From the NCBI GenBank assembly GCA_964016885.1, contig OZ024749.1, positions 40,796,001 to 40,860,000 on the forward strand: a DNA stretch of 64,000 bases, given 5' to 3'. The notes under the pieces are model-generated. The model had not been told where the DNA came from and did no database searches. It saw nothing but the letters and a program-made list of their open reading frames with translations. Shown here one piece after another: positions 60,386 to 64,000 of the stretch (the first letter of the stretch is position 1; every line of letters begins with the position of its first letter). A program made the position numbers and the translations under genes. Source of the DNA: Eledone cirrhosa (taxonomy: Eukaryota).

Positions 60386-60507
60386 CATCTTTAACTTCAG
60401 ATTTTATCTCCCTTGACTTATTATAATCTTTACTCTCCTCCATCTTATCCAACTTATCATATTCATCGTCAGTTGAAGTGTTGTCTTTCAGCTCCTCGTT
60501 GGCATTC
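60386..60507 (-). CDS. SAP130: SAP130, internal coding exon (122 bp, acidic)
   Basis: ttccag|G AAT ... GAT G|gtaag; NANEELKDNTSTDDEYDKLDKMEESKDYNKSREIKSEVKD; phases consistent on both sides. Confidence 0.88.
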
Positions 60508-60681
60508 CTGGAAATGGAAGAAGGTATGGGGAGAAAGTTAAATACAACAGGTCTATAGTGAACATATAAGAATATGAATATATATATATATATATATAAT
60601 ATAATATAATATAATATATATATATAATATAATATATATATAATATAATATATATATATAATATAATATATATATAATATA

Positions 60682-61154
<473 letters not shown>

Positions 61155-61914
61155 AATAGTGTTATATTGTCTACAATGACGATAGAAGGTATATATATAT
61201 ATATATATATATACATACATATAGGGTGTCCCAAAAACGTATATATTTGATCAGACTGATGTTGAAGTATGTATACATTTTTGGGAGACATAAGCAGTAT
61301 TGTACTGTCTACAGTGAAGATATAAGAAGATATAACACACACACATATATATATATATATATACAAGCTGTATCTAGAAGTGTTGTACCGTCTAACCCAT
61401 GCTAGCATGGAAGATGGACGTTAAACGAAAATGATGATGTCTGCAGTGAAGATGTAAGCAGACTTTACTGTCAATAGTGACGCCATTACATTGTAAGAAG
61501 CTGGCTTTAATGTATATCAATGCCATATATTGGACTCTCAACTCCTGGTTGAGTCAGAGGTATTATTGTGACATATGGCACGGTTTGGGTATTTAAACCT
61601 GGAGGTGTCCACTCCACTTTGTGCAGGAATACAGCAGATTCCTTCCAGAGAAATACAGAGAGGGAGAAATAAATAGAGGAGAATCGATCCCAACACTGGA
61701 CTGGTACTTTACACACACACACACATACATATATTTATATATGTGTGTGTATATGTATCTGTGTATGGCATTAGTAAGGGTATCCAACTGCAGAAAACCA
61801 AGCCCCAAAAAGATTGTACGAGCCTCAGAACGTGACAACCCATCTAACCCTTGTAAGCATGGAAAATAAATATTAAAGTGAAGATGATGATGATGATAAT
61901 ATTATAATACTTAC

Positions 61915-62011
61915 AACATTTGTTTACGAGGTTTCTTGCGGGGGGAAGCTTCTACATTGTTCTGTAGATTTGGTAGAATTGAAGTTGACAACATTGATGG
62001 TGGGACCACAC
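61915..62011 (-). CDS. SAP130: SAP130, internal coding exon (97 bp)
   Basis: ctttcag|GT GTG ... ATG TT|gtaagt; VVPPSMLSTSILPNLQNNVEASPRKKPRKQM(L), contains the SAP130 SPRKKPRKQ motif. Confidence 0.9.
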
Positions 62012-62573
62012 CTGAAAGACAACAGAGGAAGTTTACTATAAAACTGCAGGCATTCAATTAAAGAACATTCTTTAAAACAAATAATAAATGGATCTTCTGT
62101 TAGTTTCAACAATCAGTGTTCCAGTTATTTGACCAAATTTACTGCCCATGACCCTTTTCAGGGTCCCTGAGATAAGCAGGAGGGAGGAGGTGGCCCCCAA
62201 GATGGAGATTTAACCCTAATACTTGCTGCAGAGAAAGTTTTCTGCTGAAGCCACCCAAGGGCTGTAGTTTAAAGGGTCATTGTGTCATGCTGAATCTCCT
62301 TTAGAATTACGTAAAGGGTACACATGCCTGTGGAATACTCATCCACGTACACCTTCATTTCAAAAGTAGGTCATTCTGTTGATTGAACAACTGGAATAAT
62401 TGTGAGTGGAATAATTGATAGAGATTAAATTAGAGATGACTTCAGTAAATGTTGATAACTTACACCAACTTAAAAGAACAGTTACAACAACCAACAACCA
62501 TAATAACTACCACAACAATCACCACTGTCACAACAAAGAACGTGAAGTGTTTCAAATAAATAAGAGCACATAC

Positions 62574-62695
62574 CATTTTGTTCATGGGTCTCCAAACAAT
62601 CACTCTGGTTCCTGCAGTCCCCAATTGATGTTGGTGTAATGGTGCTTCCTGCTTCTGTAGATAAGGCAGTGTCTGTAGAACTCTGGCTATTGTCA
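62574..62695 (-). CDS. SAP130: SAP130, internal coding exon (122 bp, S/T-rich)
   Basis: ttgcag|T GAC ... AAT G|gtatgt; DNSQSSTDTALSTEAGSTITPTSIGDCRNQSDCLETHEQN(G); phase 1 matches next exon; sequence itself poorly conserved. Confidence 0.75.
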
Positions 62696-63781
62696 CTGCA
62701 ATACACCAAAGGGCTATAAAAATTAATGTTTTCTCTTAATTCTTGGCTTAAGGGAGATTTGGAAAATAATTGCACAAAATTCATATATATATATATATAT
62801 ATATATACTTCAATTCAAAACTAAATTGGAATCAAAGATCTCTAAAATAGAGAGAGAGAGTATTTAAGATATGTGACTATTTGGAATTTTTCAATAAATT
62901 ATAAGAAAAACTTATTTTTTGTTCATATGTGCCAGAGTAGAGAGGACAGTTTAATCTTGTTGAGCACAACCTCTCTAATGCTGGTGCCATAAAATATCGC
63001 CAGTGCACTCTGTAAGGTGATTGACAATTGAACAGACACTGCAGAATAGAGAGGACTTTTTAGTCTTATCAAGGGCACAACAACCTCTCTAGTGCTGGTG
63101 CCATGATAAAATACACCCAGTACACTCTGTAAAGTGGATGATGTTATGAAAGCAACTAGTTGTAGAAATCATACCAATAAAGAAAGTGGTCATATGATGA
63201 TGACGATGATGACAACTAAGATTACAAGAAAAGTCACCTAACTTGTACAACCTTAACTCTTTTAACACCAAACTGTCCTTGGTTCTATGATACAAAAAGC
63301 TGCTTTAAAGAGTTTATAGTTATTTAAAAGTTTTCTATTGTAATTTCATGTAATTTTAGCTATATTCGAAATGTCAAATATATAATGAGAAGGTTAGTTA
63401 TATTACTAAATCTCTCCAGATACTTGATTCTTGTCTTTCATAAAAAATTTGGTAACAAAAAGATTAAAGATATAGGTAGTGTCTTTCACTAGAAATAGGA
63501 TAATTAAATGGATAACTTCCTTATAATTTAGCTGGTATTTGGAACATACCTTAAACAAGTTTTTTTACATTAAATTATGATGTAAGGTTTTTAAATATAA
63601 ACACTTTAAAACAAACAATTTTGTATCACAACACTACAGGCATTTTCAGGCTAGTTGGCTAGCTGGTTGATAGCAAAAGGTTTGAAATAGGAACAAGAAT
63701 TCCTTGGAATTTTGTCTAACAAATGGAAATTACTATGTTTTAGGATGGTTAGAGAGGAGCAAAGGTGAGTGGGTGGTGTTA

Positions 63782-64000
<219 letters not shown>

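Overview
Eukaryotic, very AT- and microsatellite-rich DNA. The repeat families and intron style suggest an octopod cephalopod (inference). Almost all entries in the ORF track are microsatellite artefacts. Two real spliced genes converge tail-to-tail: four coding exons of an AMMECR1-family gene on + (4777-23965; first coding exon upstream of the window) and seven 3' coding exons of SAP130 on - (62695-57564). Splice sites and phases were checked by hand. The last AMMECR1 intron holds an internally deleted L1/Tx1-like LINE embedded in (TCTA)n. Between the genes lie many co-oriented tRNA-derived SINEs and a ~11 kb (TA)n field studded with Penelope-like element (PLE) fragments, RTE fragments and fold-back palindromes. 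Several of these palindromes carry minimal type I hammerhead ribozyme (HHR) motifs, and one palindrome pivots exactly at the cleavage site predicted from its homologous hammerhead. A minisatellite also multiplies an AMMECR1 splice acceptor eight times.
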